DNA from: Octopus vulgaris
Lineage: Eukaryota
NCBI GenBank assembly: GCA_951406725.2
Contig: OX597819.1
Span: forward strand, 77,500,001 to 77,564,000
DNA length: 64,000 nt
Direction: 5' to 3'
Shown here: positions 26,871 to 40,248 of the stretch, piece after piece
Position numbering within the stretch: position 1 is the stretch's first letter
Layout: each line of letters opens with the position of its first letter
Notes under the pieces: model-generated
What the model was told of the DNA's origin: nothing
Seen by the model: only the letters and a program-made list of their open reading frames with translations
Databases searched by the model: none
Made by a program: the position numbers and the translations under genes

Positions 26871-27839
26871 CTTAAAAATGGAAAAAAAAAAAAAAATAGA
26901 CAGACAGTAATGGTGCTATCTTTCATAGCAAAATAGCAATTTCTAGCTTAGACACAAGGCTACACATTTTAAAGAACTGGCAGTTAAAATGAAGCCAGTG
27001 AATTATTGGTACATATTCTATTGCCTCTGGAAATATGAAATGCAAAGTTCAATCATAGATCATTTGAACTCAGAGCATAAGGCAGTTTTGCCAAATATTT
27101 TACAGATTCTGTCAGTTAACCCTTTAACAATTCATTCTCTTTCATCATAATATGTAAGGATAAAATGTTGTACATAATACTTAAGTCAGTCTGGATCATT
27201 AACAGTGGTCACAACACTAAGAGTGATGAGTGACATTATTACAGTTATTAAAGTGAGGTGTTAGATTTGCATGGCATAAGAGAGCAGCAAGTTCAAATGG
27301 AGTAGGGTTCATGAACAGAAATGATGAGAATGAATGAAGAAATCATCATTTAACACTGGTTTTCCAATGCTGGCATGGGTTGGGCAGTTTGACAAACCAT
27401 AGAGCTGCACAGGGATCCAATTGTCTGTTTTGACATAGTTTCTATGGCTTGATGCCCTTCCTAATACCAACCACTTCACAGAGTGTACTGGGTACTTTTT
27501 ACATGGCACCAGCATGGGCCAGGAATTTACAATAAACTCAGAACATAGTGACTGGTGAAATACCGGTAAGCATTTCATAAAGCATGCTAACGATTCTGCA
27601 AGCTTGCCGTTGCCACCGCCACCATGAGAACTGGATTTTTGGTTAAGGTAGTTGATACACCTCACAATGTCTTCATAAAAAAGTGTTAAAAAAATAAATT
27701 ATTTCCAAACCCCATTTCCAGTTATAGGAAGAATACCAAAAAATTAAAAGATTTTACTGTCAGGATGAAACACTGAGTCTTACAAAGGAGATGAGTAAAG
27801 GCTGAGATATCTGTGCCTTGCTATACTCAAGAAACAGAA

Positions 27840-28148
27840 TTGATACTGGTGCCACATAAAAGACACTGATGCTAGTGCCATGTTAAAAAGCACCGGTGCT
27901 GGTACCACGTTAAAAGCACCGGTGCTGGTGCCACGTTAATAGACTAGTGCTGGTGCTACCATGATAAAAGCAACAGTGCTGGTGCCACATAAAAGCTCTG
28001 TCGAGTGGTTGGCATTAGGAAGGGCATCGAGCTGTAGAAACCATGCCAGAACAGACAATGGAGCCTAGTACAGCCCCAGGTCTTACCATCTCTGGTTAAA
28101 CCATCTAACTCATGCCAGCATGGAAAATGGACATATGATGATGATGAT
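27840..28148 (+). mobile_element. RTE 3' tail with ~27-bp tandem subrepeats
   Basis: Repeated GCTGGTGCCACRTWAAAGCAC-like units, then the family core and (GAT)n. Confidence 0.75.
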
Positions 28149-28311
28149 TAGGGCATAATAAATTGAGATTACAAACAAAAGTTATTATAGTAAAGTGTAT
28201 TCATTAAGTTCACTACAAACTACCAGTTCAATAAAACAACAATATAAAATATTTAATTACAAGTTAATAATAACTAAAAGCAACTAGAGAAAAATAAAAA
28301 TTAAAACTTAC

Positions 28312-28561
28312 CGGCAATTTTTTGTAAGAACATGAGGAAATAAAGCTTTAGATTTTACACCCACAGGATAACCGTGCAAGACTTTGGCATTTCCAAACCA
28401 ACGGCCGTTTTTGGTGAAAGAAATTGTCGGTGGGTGAGATTGCAAATCTAGCAGTGATCCAATAACATCACCCACACCAAAACGTTCACCATAGTTGGAG
28501 AAATTCAAGTTCACAGAAAATTTGCCAGTACCTCCATAACCATAGGATTCCATAGATTCTC
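28312..28561 (-). CDS. HNRNPUL1: hnRNP U-like protein, coding exon 5 (SPRY)
   Basis: SYGYGGTGKFSVN...YGERFGVGDVIG...FTKNG...LFPHVLTKNC; GT-AG, phases 1/2. Confidence 0.96.
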
Positions 28562-28965
28562 CTACACATGAAGAAAATTGGGAGAAACATGAAAACAATT
28601 ACCAAAACTGTAGGGATTTCTTTTTCTTTTTTGTTCACTTTGCGGGAAAAGTGTCACACAACTGGTACTTAAAAGAACCCATAACACTCTTGGAGTGGTT
28701 GACATTAGGAAGGAATCTGTTATATGCTAACAGTTGAAAATTCAAATTTTAAAAGAACTCCAAAAATTTGTGAATATACAAATTTTCATTTAAACTGAAT
28801 TCAAAGTAATACCAAAACTTTGTGAATCTAAAAAAACTAGCTTAAAAGTCTGAATGGAGTACAGCTTCTAAGCTAGTTACTAATAGAAATCATACACTTC
28901 CACTAACACCCACCAACTCCATGGAACCCCACCCCTTGTGTACTCACAATGCTTCTAAGGTGATG

Positions 28966-29380
28966 GGATCTTTTCGGTTTGAACGGCATTTTTTAACATA
29001 ATTTCTAGGTAACTAAAAAATTTTAAACTTTGTATACTGGTAGAATGTGTTTATAAAACATCTTTTTCTCTTGGCTTTATTGAGAAAATTCTATAGTTTG
29101 TAAGATATTTGTTTTTTTTTTTTTCCTTCAATTTCTGCAATTTCAACCAATCGATGATTTCCATTGAGGTAAAAAACATTCTGTGCTGTATGAATATGTC
29201 CCTCGTTTAAGAAACAGATTGGGTTTATTTACATTTGTGAAGAAAAAAAAGATACCCTTCCCCTCACCCCTAACCCTAAAACAGATTGAAATGCAATAGA
29301 TCGATACTAGGGTCATAATTATGGGTGACAATTTCATATGAGACCGCTAGAAAAAACTGCTGTTCAAACCGAAAAAATCC
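28966..29380. mobile_element. Non-autonomous DNA transposon, GG..CC termini, 8-bp TSD (Merlin- or MULE-like)
   Basis: TIRs GGATCTTTTCGGTTTGAACGGCA / TGCTGTTCAAACCGAAAAAATCC; AGGTGATG at 28958-28965 and 29381-29388. Confidence 0.85.
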
Positions 29381-29524
29381 AGGTGATGCCACCACTCAGG
29401 TTAAAAATCACTGTCTTTTCTCCCAAGCTGTTACATTTTAGTGCCTTGAGGACAGCCACAGAGAGAGAGAAACACACATACAACCAATCTCCTAATACAC
29501 AACATATAATGAGTATCAACTCAC

Positions 29525-29645
29525 CTAGCTGGAAGCAACAGCTATCAATAGACCAACCAATTCTTACTATATGGGGATCAGTTTCTTTATGGTTGTCACC
29601 AAAATTTACAGGAAGGTGTTCAGTTATGTGAACTTCAAAGAAAAC
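29525..29645 (-). CDS. HNRNPUL1: hnRNP U-like protein, coding exon 4 (SPRY)
   Basis: VFFEVHITEHL...DPHIVRIGWSIDSCCFQLG; GT-AG, phases 0/1. Confidence 0.96.
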
Positions 29646-30810
29646 CTGCAAGGATTATGCACACACAAAAGATAAGCTGTAAAGTATAAGGCTGAATTGG
29701 AAAAAAACAGTGAGAGAGAGGAAAAGATAGAATGTGAGGAGAAATGAAAGAAAATAAAGCTCTACAACAGAGAGGCAGAATTAGAGAGATGATAAATTAA
29801 CAGTGATAAAGAGAATGAGCAAATGATAAAGAGAATGATAGATACAGAAAGAAAAATTCAGAGACATTGAGAAATAAAGAGGAGTGGAGGTACTATTTGA
29901 CTGAAGGAAAAACAGAAAAAACAATACAGTTACAGGGTTAAAATAGCCTATTTAGTCTAGCAGATAACTGCTCAATAACTGATTTATTTTATACAGTATA
30001 ACTAATTACAGGAAACATTATCTATCATAGTAGAATAGAATTGGTTAGAAAAAAAAAACACATTCTAGGAATTGCTTCCAATCTATTTCCTATCTATAGC
30101 ATTTTACGAAGCTAGAAAAATCTCACTTCATAAAATATTTAATTTATATACTACAGCTTATGTCATGCTGAAGATTTCTAAAAGGAATGAAATAGTGTTA
30201 CATATAATTACCAGTGACTAGAAATTTTAAATACTTCATAAGTAACAAAAGAAAAAAAAACGTACACTTTCTGCATGTGATGGTGCATGGCCAAGTAGTT
30301 AGGATGCTGCACTCATGATCGCCAGGTTGATTCCCAGAGCAGGCGACACATTATGATCTTAAGCAAAACACATCATTTCACATTGCTCTAGTGCTGTGTG
30401 GGGACTGGCATGTCAAAGAATAGACCCAACGTTTTCTGCGTGTCATAAGAGGCAACTAAAAGAGGTTATGGTAGAATTTGCACTCCGACCTGGTAAAACA
30501 AGAACCATGGGTTGGGTAGAGGTAATCGCCTATGTGGTGCAAAGGTGTCATCTTCCAGTAGGGAATCACCAACAAATGATGAATGCAAGGACACACTGTC
30601 ACAGGGCATTCTCCCATACTACTACTACTATTCTCTACAGCTTTTTCCTTATTCCCTAGTTTCAAATTCAAACTTGTAATTGCACCAAATATTATGAATA
30701 AAGGATTATCTCTTTTGTATTAAGAGTTCAGTAATGGACTCTTGCTAGTTCATAGCATTCTGAAAACTATATTATTCATAAGGAGCTAATGAAAATATAA
30801 AGATTTGAAC

Positions 30811-30898
30811 CTTTCCACGAGTAACACCATAAGTTGCACGAGCTCCAGCCCAACAGAAACAGAAACCTTCAGGATTAGTTAATGCAGTTCCACCATAG
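30811..30898 (-). CDS. HNRNPUL1: hnRNP U-like protein, coding exon 3 (SPRY start)
   Basis: YGGTALTNPEGFCFCWAGARATYGVTRGK; acceptor ttgcag, weak donor gttcaa; phases 2/0. Confidence 0.93.
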
Positions 30899-31897
30899 CT
30901 GCAAGATAACAAAATAAAAACTATATTGTAAAAACATTAAATTTACAAATAATGTACATTGTCTCTAAATAATTCACACAAAAATATACATTATTTGTAG
31001 ACAATTCACACAGTAATAAACATTACTAAATTACCATATTTACTGGAACTCTTACATAAGATGCAACCCTATTTGTGGAAAAAGCAAATTTAGTGTTTCA
31101 TCAAAGATTTTAAAGTGAGGCTTTGTAGGGGGAAATATGCATGTAAATAATAGGAATAAAGTATAAAACCATAAATTTATCATAAACTAAGATATATAAC
31201 TACTATATTTTAACTTCATCTTATTTCAGATCAACTCTATAGCTATCTCTATTGTCATACAGGATGTTAAAATAGTATTTCTAGCTGTGATGTCTATGTA
31301 ACCATGATCATCCACTAATTGCAAATAGCTAACAGGTGAGTGAACAGTTAAAATTGCTTTCATTTTTCTAAAAGAATATTTAATTTAGATAATTAATAAA
31401 GGTTTCTTAAAGATAAAGTCACTAAATAATCTGAGACAAAGGCATAAAATGATGATGTGACTTTCCCATATAAGTGCCAACACACTGCAAGTAATTTTTC
31501 GTAAATTTGTACTGAGAGTCCATGATAATTTGGCTTTTTTTTTTTTTCAATATTTTATTATTAGTAGTAGTATTTTGCTCATCTAGATCCCTAGTTTATG
31601 GTGCTCAGTCTCTTATCCATACTATGGTTATTTTAGACACGGCAATTTTTGGATACATTTGAAAAAAAAGAAAATATATGTTTTATATACCAGTAAATAC
31701 AATATATAAGACAGCTTATATGCAACTTACCATAATGACTTGAATGTCCACATATAACTAGGTTAACTACACCATTATCATATAAATTTAACTAAATAAC
31801 TGTCACATTATAAAGCTTCTATCTTATGTGAAAAAGACAATTACAAAGGATGAGAAGTCTGTCTATAGTCTATATATAATGAAGTGGAAGAAAGTTA

Positions 31898-33335
31898 CAT
31901 CACCATCACCGTTGTCGTTTAACATCTGATTTCCATGCTGGCATCAGTTGGACGGTTTGACTGAGAACTGGCAAGCTGAGAGGATGCACCAGGCTCCAAT
32001 CTGATTTGGCATGGTTTCTACAGCTGGATGCCCTTCCTAACACCAACTACTCCAAGAGTGTAGTGGGTGCTTTTTATATGCCACCAGCACTGGCATCACC
32101 CACACTCGAATGTTGCTTTTTATGTGCCACCAGCACAGGTGCCAGTCAGGCAGCACTGACATCAGCCACGCTTGAATGGTGTCTTTTGTGTGCCACTGGC
32201 ATGGGTGCCAGTCAGGCAACATTGGCATCGGCCATGACTACAATTTCACGCGCTTCAACAGGTCTTCACAAGCACAGCGTATCAGCCAACAATTGAAGGG
32301 TGCTTTTAAATGGACCAGTTATGCAACACTGGCATTGGCTATGACTACAATCTCACTTGGCTTGCCAGGTCTTCTCAAGCATGGCATATCTCCAAATGTC
32401 TCAGTCACTTGTCATTGCCTAAGTGAGGCCCAACATTTGAAGATCGTGCTTCGCCACCTCATCCCATGTCTTCCTGGGGCAACTTCTTCCACAGGTTCCT
32501 TCCACGGTTAGGGTGTGACATTTCACACAGTTATCCTCATCCATATGCAACACATGACCATACTAGCACAGTAGTTTCTCTTGCACACCATATCTGATGC
32601 TTCTTATGTCCAACTTAAGTCTCAGGATGCTTACACTGTTGTGTATGCATATTGACATGATACATCCAGCGGAGCATACTAGTTTCATTTCTTTCATGTC
32701 TACACATGTCTTCAGCAATCACAGCCCATGTTTCACTGCCATGTAGCATGGCTGTTTGCACACAGGCATCATACAGTCTACCTTTCACTCTGAGCGAGGT
32801 CCTTTGTTACCAGCAGAGGTAGGAACTCTCTGAAATTTGCCTCGCCTATTCTTATTCTAGCAGCTACGCTCTCACAACATCCACCCCTGCAACTGACTTG
32901 GTCACCTAGTTAACAAAAGCTATCAACTACTTCTAGTTTTACCCCCTGGTATGTAATGGAATTTGTTTTCTGTACATTTTTGGTGTTTATGGCACCTGTG
33001 CATCTTTCACACACAAAAACTATATTCCCAGTTAACCTTCATTAGATATTGCTGCACCTATTAAGTGTCCATAGCTTACACAGGGTACATCTTATGGAGT
33101 TTCTACCTATGTCTTTTCTACGGATCAAGCAGGGCCATCTACCTGAAGGGATTTGTGATGTGTCCACCTTCTTACTTACTAAGACTTTGGCTTTTGCTAA
33201 GTTAACTCTAAGATCTTTCGATTCTAGACCTGGCTTCTACACCCGAAACTTCTCTAGTTCAGGTAGTGACTCAGGTATTAGAGCAAGGTCATCAGCATAG
33301 GGGAACTCCCAGAGGCACTCTGTTTTGAATTCCTG
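31898..33335 (-). mobile_element. 5'-truncated, degenerate RTE-clade LINE
   Basis: YADDLAL reverse-transcriptase motif at ~33280-33300, Cys-rich insert, RTE C-terminus, 3' UTR subrepeats and GAT-like tail. Confidence 0.85.
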
Positions 33336-33458
33336 GTACATGTTAATGTATTAAACAATATTACCCTTACTACTATTCTTGGAAGTACATTAAATTATTA
33401 TTTAACATTTTAAACAAGCACATCAAGAAAAGCATTTAAAAAAGAAAAAAAACTTTAC

Positions 33459-33590
33459 CCATCAAGATCTATAAGCAGGTTGAGATCTGAGTTATAATGG
33501 TCCAGTACTGTGAAAGAATGGTCTACATTGATTTCTTCCACATTTTGTTCTGGATCAGTCTTCACACCCCAACCATGTCCATTATAATTT
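33459..33590 (-). CDS. HNRNPUL1: hnRNP U-like protein, coding exon 2
   Basis: ...TVLDHYNSDLNLLIDLDG corresponds to the family motif LDTYNCDLHF; GT-AG, phases 2/2. Confidence 0.9.
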
Positions 33591-34203
33591 CTGAAGTAAA
33601 AAACAAACAAAAAAAAAGTGTAGACATGTTCATAATTATCAGCTCATTTGCTGAATAGAGAAAACTAAAATCTTATTCACAATTGATTCTTGTTCATCCA
33701 ACAGAAAAAAGTAACTATTTACTCATTCAAGTCCATTCATTCTTTATTGATTTATATTTTCAACTAAGTTAATCTTTTCCTTTTCCATTTTCTAATCTTA
33801 TGTAAATTTCAAAAGCTATCTTAAATTTTGTGCAAAAGGAAAGTATCAAAAAGCAATTTTCTCAAAACTGTTCCAACATGGTTTAAAGAAGCTCATGAAA
33901 ACTCAAACTGCTACATCAGGTAAAAAGCTGATTTGATGATCTACACGAATGTCTCTCTTCCTCTTTTAGTTAATGTAGCATTTCCAGTTCTCCTATTTCA
34001 TAATCATCCACTATTTTCAGAGGAAAAGATAAATGAGACTTATGATCATGTCAAAAAATAAACTGCATCTTCATTCCACACTTGTCACTGAACAACTCTG
34101 TTTCTATGAGATTTCAGATAACATCACAATCAGACAACAATATAGAATTTTTACTGTTAATAAATAAGATATATGTTTGTTTTAAAAGTGAAAACTAGCT
34201 TAC

Positions 34204-34403
34204 CGATCTTTATTATCAAATGGAATTTTTTGTTGACCAAAGCCATGTTGATTTTCAAACGGAGGTCTGTTCCTGTTAAAATTCAAGCCAGGAGGTTGGC
34301 CAGTAGAATATGAATATGCCGAACTGATGGTGTTATTCCGATTATTGTTGGCTTCATTGCCATTGAGCATGGAAATTAAACTGTAAGCAGAATACTGATT
34401 CAT
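34204..34403 (-). CDS. HNRNPUL1: hnRNP U-like protein, probable first coding exon
   Basis: ttgcag|ATATG acceptor at 34405, ATG at 34403, donor CG|gtaagc in phase 2; N/Q/G-rich peptide; start codon inferred. Confidence 0.75.
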
Positions 34404-35889
34404 ATCTGCAACAAAAATATTAGAAGCTATGTTGAAGAGGTAATCAAATATATTTCTGGTTCAAATTACTTCCATATTCATTATCTGTTAACTCTTCTGC
34501 ATTGAAACCAGCCATATCATGCCCAAATAGTCTACCGATTTTTGTGTTGAAACTGACCAGATCAAGCCTTTGACAATTACCTTGCAATGTCATTCTAAAA
34601 GCAAACACATCACTGAAACCTCAAACCTACAAGATAGTATATGATTAATTTCAAAACAATGTGAATAAATAAGCAAGTGACTAAGATCTTTGGCAATATG
34701 CTGGGCTTGAGAAAATACGTGAAGACAAGTGAACCGTAGTCGTGGCCATGTAAATGGCACCCAGGAAATCGTAGTTATGGCTATTGCCAGTGTTATGTAA
34801 ATGGCACCCATGCCCGTGGCACGTAAAAAGCACCCATTACACTCATGGAGTGGTTGGTGTTGGGATAGAAAGTATGCCAAAATCAGACTGGAAGTTAGTG
34901 CAGCTCTCCGGCTTACCAATGCCAGCATGGAAAATGAACATTAAACGATGATGATGACACATTTGACAGAGAAATATGAATGCTAAAGGTTAATGGTTAG
35001 ATTAGGGCACTAAATTATTAGTTTGTGCATTTACAAACAAGGATTTGTTTCCATGCATACATGTCTGTGTGTAATAGTCTAAGCATCATTATTTGTGCTT
35101 ATGTAAATATACAATGTTCAGTTTATTTAATTTTTCCCAAACAACAAAGATGTAAATATCACAGAAGTCAATTACAGCAACATATCAATGCATTAAAGAT
35201 ATAGCTGTCCAATGCTTGAAAGTGAATTCCCACCTCTCTAACAAAGAACAGTGACATTTTACGTATACGTCATGAGAAAACTATGAATGAAAGTAGGTCA
35301 AAATTTGCAAGGTTAAAATAACAAAGCAAATACAAAAATAGAATATGCATTCTAGAAACTAGACTACCATACTTTTTATTCTACTGTGGACTGAATTATA
35401 TCTATGGGAAATAAAGTCAAGAAAGTCAAAATAAACAGTGATCTATAAAAAAAAAAAGCATACAAAATATTGGTTTCAAATTTTGGCACAAGGCCAGCAA
35501 TTTTGGGGGAAGGAGTACGTCAATTACATCAACCTAAGCGCTCAACTAGTACATATTTTATAAATCCCAGGACAAAAGGCAAAGTCAATTTCAACAGAAT
35601 TTGAACTCAGAACGTGAAGATAGATGAAATGCCACTAAGCATTTTGCCCAGCGTTCTCATGAGTCTGCCAATTGCCATCTTCATAATAATACTTCATACA
35701 GAACATTAAAATTTTTTTAAAAAGCACAGAGGTGGATGTTATTTAACTGCTTAATATTCAACTGAGGTGGCATCAACAAGTTCCCCAACTATTTCTATAG
35801 CATGCCAACAGATGGCAGCACAAGATTGCATGCGCAGTGAGAACTAGCAGTGACCTTTATGAGGTAGTGTGCCAAGTGACATTGCTGTG

Positions 35890-36510
35890 TTTACTTCACA
35901 ACTTGTGAAATTTGTGTTTTTGTGATCACATGTATGCTGTAGTCTGCAATTTTGTCATGTAAAGAAAGTTGGAACAAAGAGCCAACGTGAAATTTTGCTT
36001 TAAACTTAGGAAGTCTACTACATAGACATTGAGCATACTTTGGCAAGCCTAGTGACAAGGTAATAGGATGTACATGATGTCTCAAGTGGCATAGGCACTT
36101 CAAAAGACAATGAGTGATCTGGAAGACCTACCATGAGTATCACCCGTTGAAAACTGGTATTGTACATTGAGAATTAATCCCCCCGACGGCCAGATCGTCA
36201 GTCGAGAGTTTTATTGCGAGGTTTTAAAATGTTTGAGGGAGGACATTCGGTGAAAGCTACCAGATCTGTGGAGCAGGAAGAATTGGATTCTTCATGACAA
36301 CAATGAACCCTATCACTGAGTTTCTCACCAAAAACAATATGGTATTGCTTCCACACTCACTCTATTCGCCTGCAGGCTTCCATCTCTTCCCCAAAATGAA
36401 AATGCAGCTCAAAGGTCACCGTTTCACCACTGTTGTTAAGATCCAAAGCAAATCACAGAGTGTCCTCGACTCACAGAAAACTTCCAAGCCAGATTCCAAA
36501 AATGGTAGGA
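35890..36510 (+). mobile_element. Degenerate mariner transposase relic
   Basis: Fragments FYCEVLKCLREDI, WILHDN, LLPHSLYSP...FHLFPKMKMQLKGHRF with stops and frameshifts. Confidence 0.8.
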
Positions 36511-39500
36511 ATACACACATATATATGCGTGTATACGTCTTTTTCTACAACTGCCCCCCACCAACACTTGACAATCAGTGCTGGTTTGTTTACATCCTGT
36601 AACTTAGCTATTCAGCAAAAGAAACCAAAAGAATAAGTACTAAACTTAATTGTTCAACTAAACACTTCAAGGTGGTGGCCCAGCATGGATGTGGTCCAAG
36701 TAAGAAAAAAATCAGTTTTTGTAGAAAAGTTTGAAAATTTTAAATGCTTGCAATGCATACAACCATCTGATCCACATTAAGTTCCTAGAAAAATATTCTC
36801 TAGTAATGACCTTATATCACTCTCCCAAAATTTCCATTTGTAGATCACTAAATTCTTTCAAACCATTAATGTTTTAAGTTATTCTGATAGCAATCTCTCA
36901 GCTTTTGATTATATCACCTCATATTTTCACTCTCCCACACATGTATTATAAAGGCTTGGAATATAGTGTCTTACAGCTCTGCCAGTAAAAGCTTACCCAA
37001 CACTTCACAGAGTTCATATAATGAATTAATATTCTATTTCAGGGCCTAATGATGCTTAGAAAAATATTTTTATTTATAATTTAATTTTTGGCATGGTTGA
37101 ACAGCTTGACAGGAACTGGCATGGTCAAGGTCTGCACCAGGTTCTATAGTCAGTTTTGGCATGGCTTCTATGGCTGAATGCCCTTCCTAATGCCAACCAC
37201 TTTGCAGAGTGTACTGGATGCTTTTTACATGGTACCATCACTTGTGATTTTGTTTATATGGTACTTGCACCAATGCTTTTTATGCACTGGTACTGGTGCC
37301 ACATTAAAAAACACCCAGAACACTCTGTAAAGTGTCTGGTGTTAGGAAGGGTCTCCAGCAGTAGAAACCAGACTATAGAACCTGGTACAGTCCTTGGCCT
37401 TGCTAGTTCCTATCCAGCCACCCAACTCAAGCCAGCATGGAAAACAGATGTTAAATGATGAGGATGCTGATGCTGCACTGTTTAGCTTAAAAACTCTGAA
37501 CCCAATCACAGCATCATAACTAAATCTAGTTTCTTTAAATTTCCACCATACTGCTTCTTAAAATTCCATATAAAGTAAAGCAGTGTTTGTGAATGTCTTT
37601 AATGCAGTGATTCTGACAGATTTATACAACACCAACATTTCTGCCTAAACATGAAAACAAATTTCAATGCTTGCAAAGATTCCCTACCAATATATTCAAC
37701 AGGGTACATGAGGATTTTTCTAGAATTCCCAAATCTCTTTGCTATAACAACCAGCTCAAGTTCTGGTCTCATATATTCCAAGATACAGTTCCATCTATTG
37801 AGAAAAAAAAAATCACTGCTTCTATTGCATATTCTAAATTATAGGCCCTCAACCATGTTGGTGAATTCTCAGAACAAACAAAAATTACTTTAATACTATG
37901 CGTTATACCATTCTGAGTCTTCATATGATGTCAGCATGCACACTATCAGAAATAATGTTCATCTTCTATCACTCAATCCCTAGTCAGAAATTTCATTTTC
38001 TTATATTTTTGTTACCAAACCAATTAATCTACTTTTTAATTAAAGTCTAACTGAAAACAGTTTTCTCTTTAATTCTCTTCCAATGTTCTTTCCATGACTT
38101 TGGTTGTTAGCATTGCAGTGCAACCTGAACTTGACTTTTAATCTTCAGTTTCAGGTTCAAGGTTTCATATTTGGAAAAGGGTCAATTGCTATATTCTTTT
38201 CCTTGCAGCAACACTGAAATACTGTCTCGAACAGAACCCCAGTATATCTTTTAAGTGTGATATTTATTCTGTCATTTCTTTTGCTGGACTGCTAAGTTAC
38301 ATAAACAAAATCCAATACTATTTGTCAACACACATGCACACTATATATATATACATATACACAGGTTTCCAAAGTTTCCTTCCACAAAATTCACATACAA
38401 AACATTGTCAACCCAGGGCTGAAGAAAATATTTACTCCACATGATCCATATTCCAAAACATTCACTCTCTTTGATGTTATGTGACTTCAACATCTACATT
38501 GAAAAGATTCAAATAATCAAATATCTTTTTTTGGAGAATTTCTTTGGACATCTCTACCTGCAAATATCATTCACCTGGAAACATTAGTTACCCATGCACC
38601 AACAGCCTCTCCCACCAGAAATCTACTCAATATCAATATGACAAAGATGGCAGCTAACCCTGACAATTGATTTTAGAGTCTTTGCAATCAAAATTGGCAG
38701 AGTGTAGTCATTTTTTTGTACAGATCAAAATAAACAAAATGTAAAGCTCTCTGTCTAAACACAAAGCTGAAAAATATTCAGATAACTAAAGAATACCTTC
38801 TCTTCCAAACTCAATTTGTATCTTTGCATCAAATATTCTATTCATCTACATTCTGCTACTCACCCATTTTGTGTGTGTGTGTATGCATTATATCACCTGC
38901 TATAAAAAAAATTATATTGAACAGTAAGAAGTTACATTCCTTGCTCTTTTAGCCACACTTCTTAATTCAAAATATTAGCTATGAACTTTTTGTGTTTTCA
39001 GAGGAAAATGCAGTGTGTATGGTCTTCACACAGCTTCTATAACACATCACTAACATAGAAAATGCTTCATTATATATTCTGCTTTAGAATGGTTGAATTA
39101 GTGAAGACAGTAAAAAACAAAACTAAATTCCATCATTTTTTATCTATGGACCCTTTTGATTACTATTTTATTCTGGTGAACCCCATAGCCATTCCATGTT
39201 TAAAAACTAGTTTTACAGATACTTCTTTTCAAGATTCCTATTTTGTTTTTCACAAATTAATTTGTGGGCTGAACTATGTATGTAAAATGGTAGAGAAAGA
39301 AACCTGTATCTTGCAATACTTAAATTTAAAGCAAAATTTTTTCAGTAGCCCTTAAAATACTATTGTGGATCCCAAATTTACTATTTTGTTGCGTAGACCC
39401 CACCCAAATTCTTATATGGACCCTCAGAGGTCATGTGGGAACCCAATTGAGAACCACTGTTCAATATGAACGAGTTTTCATACTAAAAGGATTGGAGTTC

Positions 39501-40145
39501 AAATACCACAAGAATAGGCTTCATCTCTATACGCAGTAATGTTACTAGTAGCATTCGATGGTCAATATTTGCTTTCTTCTTATAAGAGTACCTAAAAAGA
39601 AACATTATCTTTAGATTTATGTTGCAATCGTAAGTGGTGACATTTCTGTACTTGGATTTTGTTTTCTATATGGCGCGAAAAGAGAGAAAATGTGAAATAA
39701 ATTACTTGGTTTTCTTCTATCCTTCTGTTCGTAATGATGTTTAGTAGTGATCAAAGTCCAAATTTACAAAACAAACATTTGTGTACACCATAGTGCTTGC
39801 CAGTGAAAGAGAATCTAGCAATTTATTTCCCAATATAAAACTTTTTAAATCAGTTTTATGCTGAGTTTGGTAAATATGAAACACACAGAAACAAAATGGA
39901 AAAAAAAATGGGAATAAACATCAAACTATTTATATACATTTGATATTATTTCAGAGAGAAATCTCGAAAAAGAAAAGTTTGCTGAACAGCTCTGTCTCGA
40001 AGTCCCGAGCGGTGTGGGAGAGAGAAAAAAGTTAAGGAAATGAGAAGGGGCAAAATGTAAACAAACATTTTAATTTTCGAGGGAAAAGAAATATAGAGAA
40101 TTTCGTTGTTAATTGAAGACTAAAATAGAGAAAAAAAAATACTAC

Positions 40146-40248
40146 CCTCGGGCAGTTCGCAAACTTAAAGGCTTTCTTGGACCTTCTGGCTACTAACCTG
40201 AGTACTGAGGCAAGGATTGAAACGAGAACGTTTAATACGCTCGAACTG
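40146..40248 (-). other. Possible non-coding 5' UTR exon of the hnRNP U-like gene
   Basis: ttatttctag acceptor, gtagta donor, CpG-richer than flanks; no transcript evidence. Confidence 0.3.

Noticed and set aside
27840-27995. Regularly spaced repeats resembling a CRISPR array
   Set aside because: Degenerate tandem units without unique spacers, inside an RTE 3' UTR in a eukaryotic genome.
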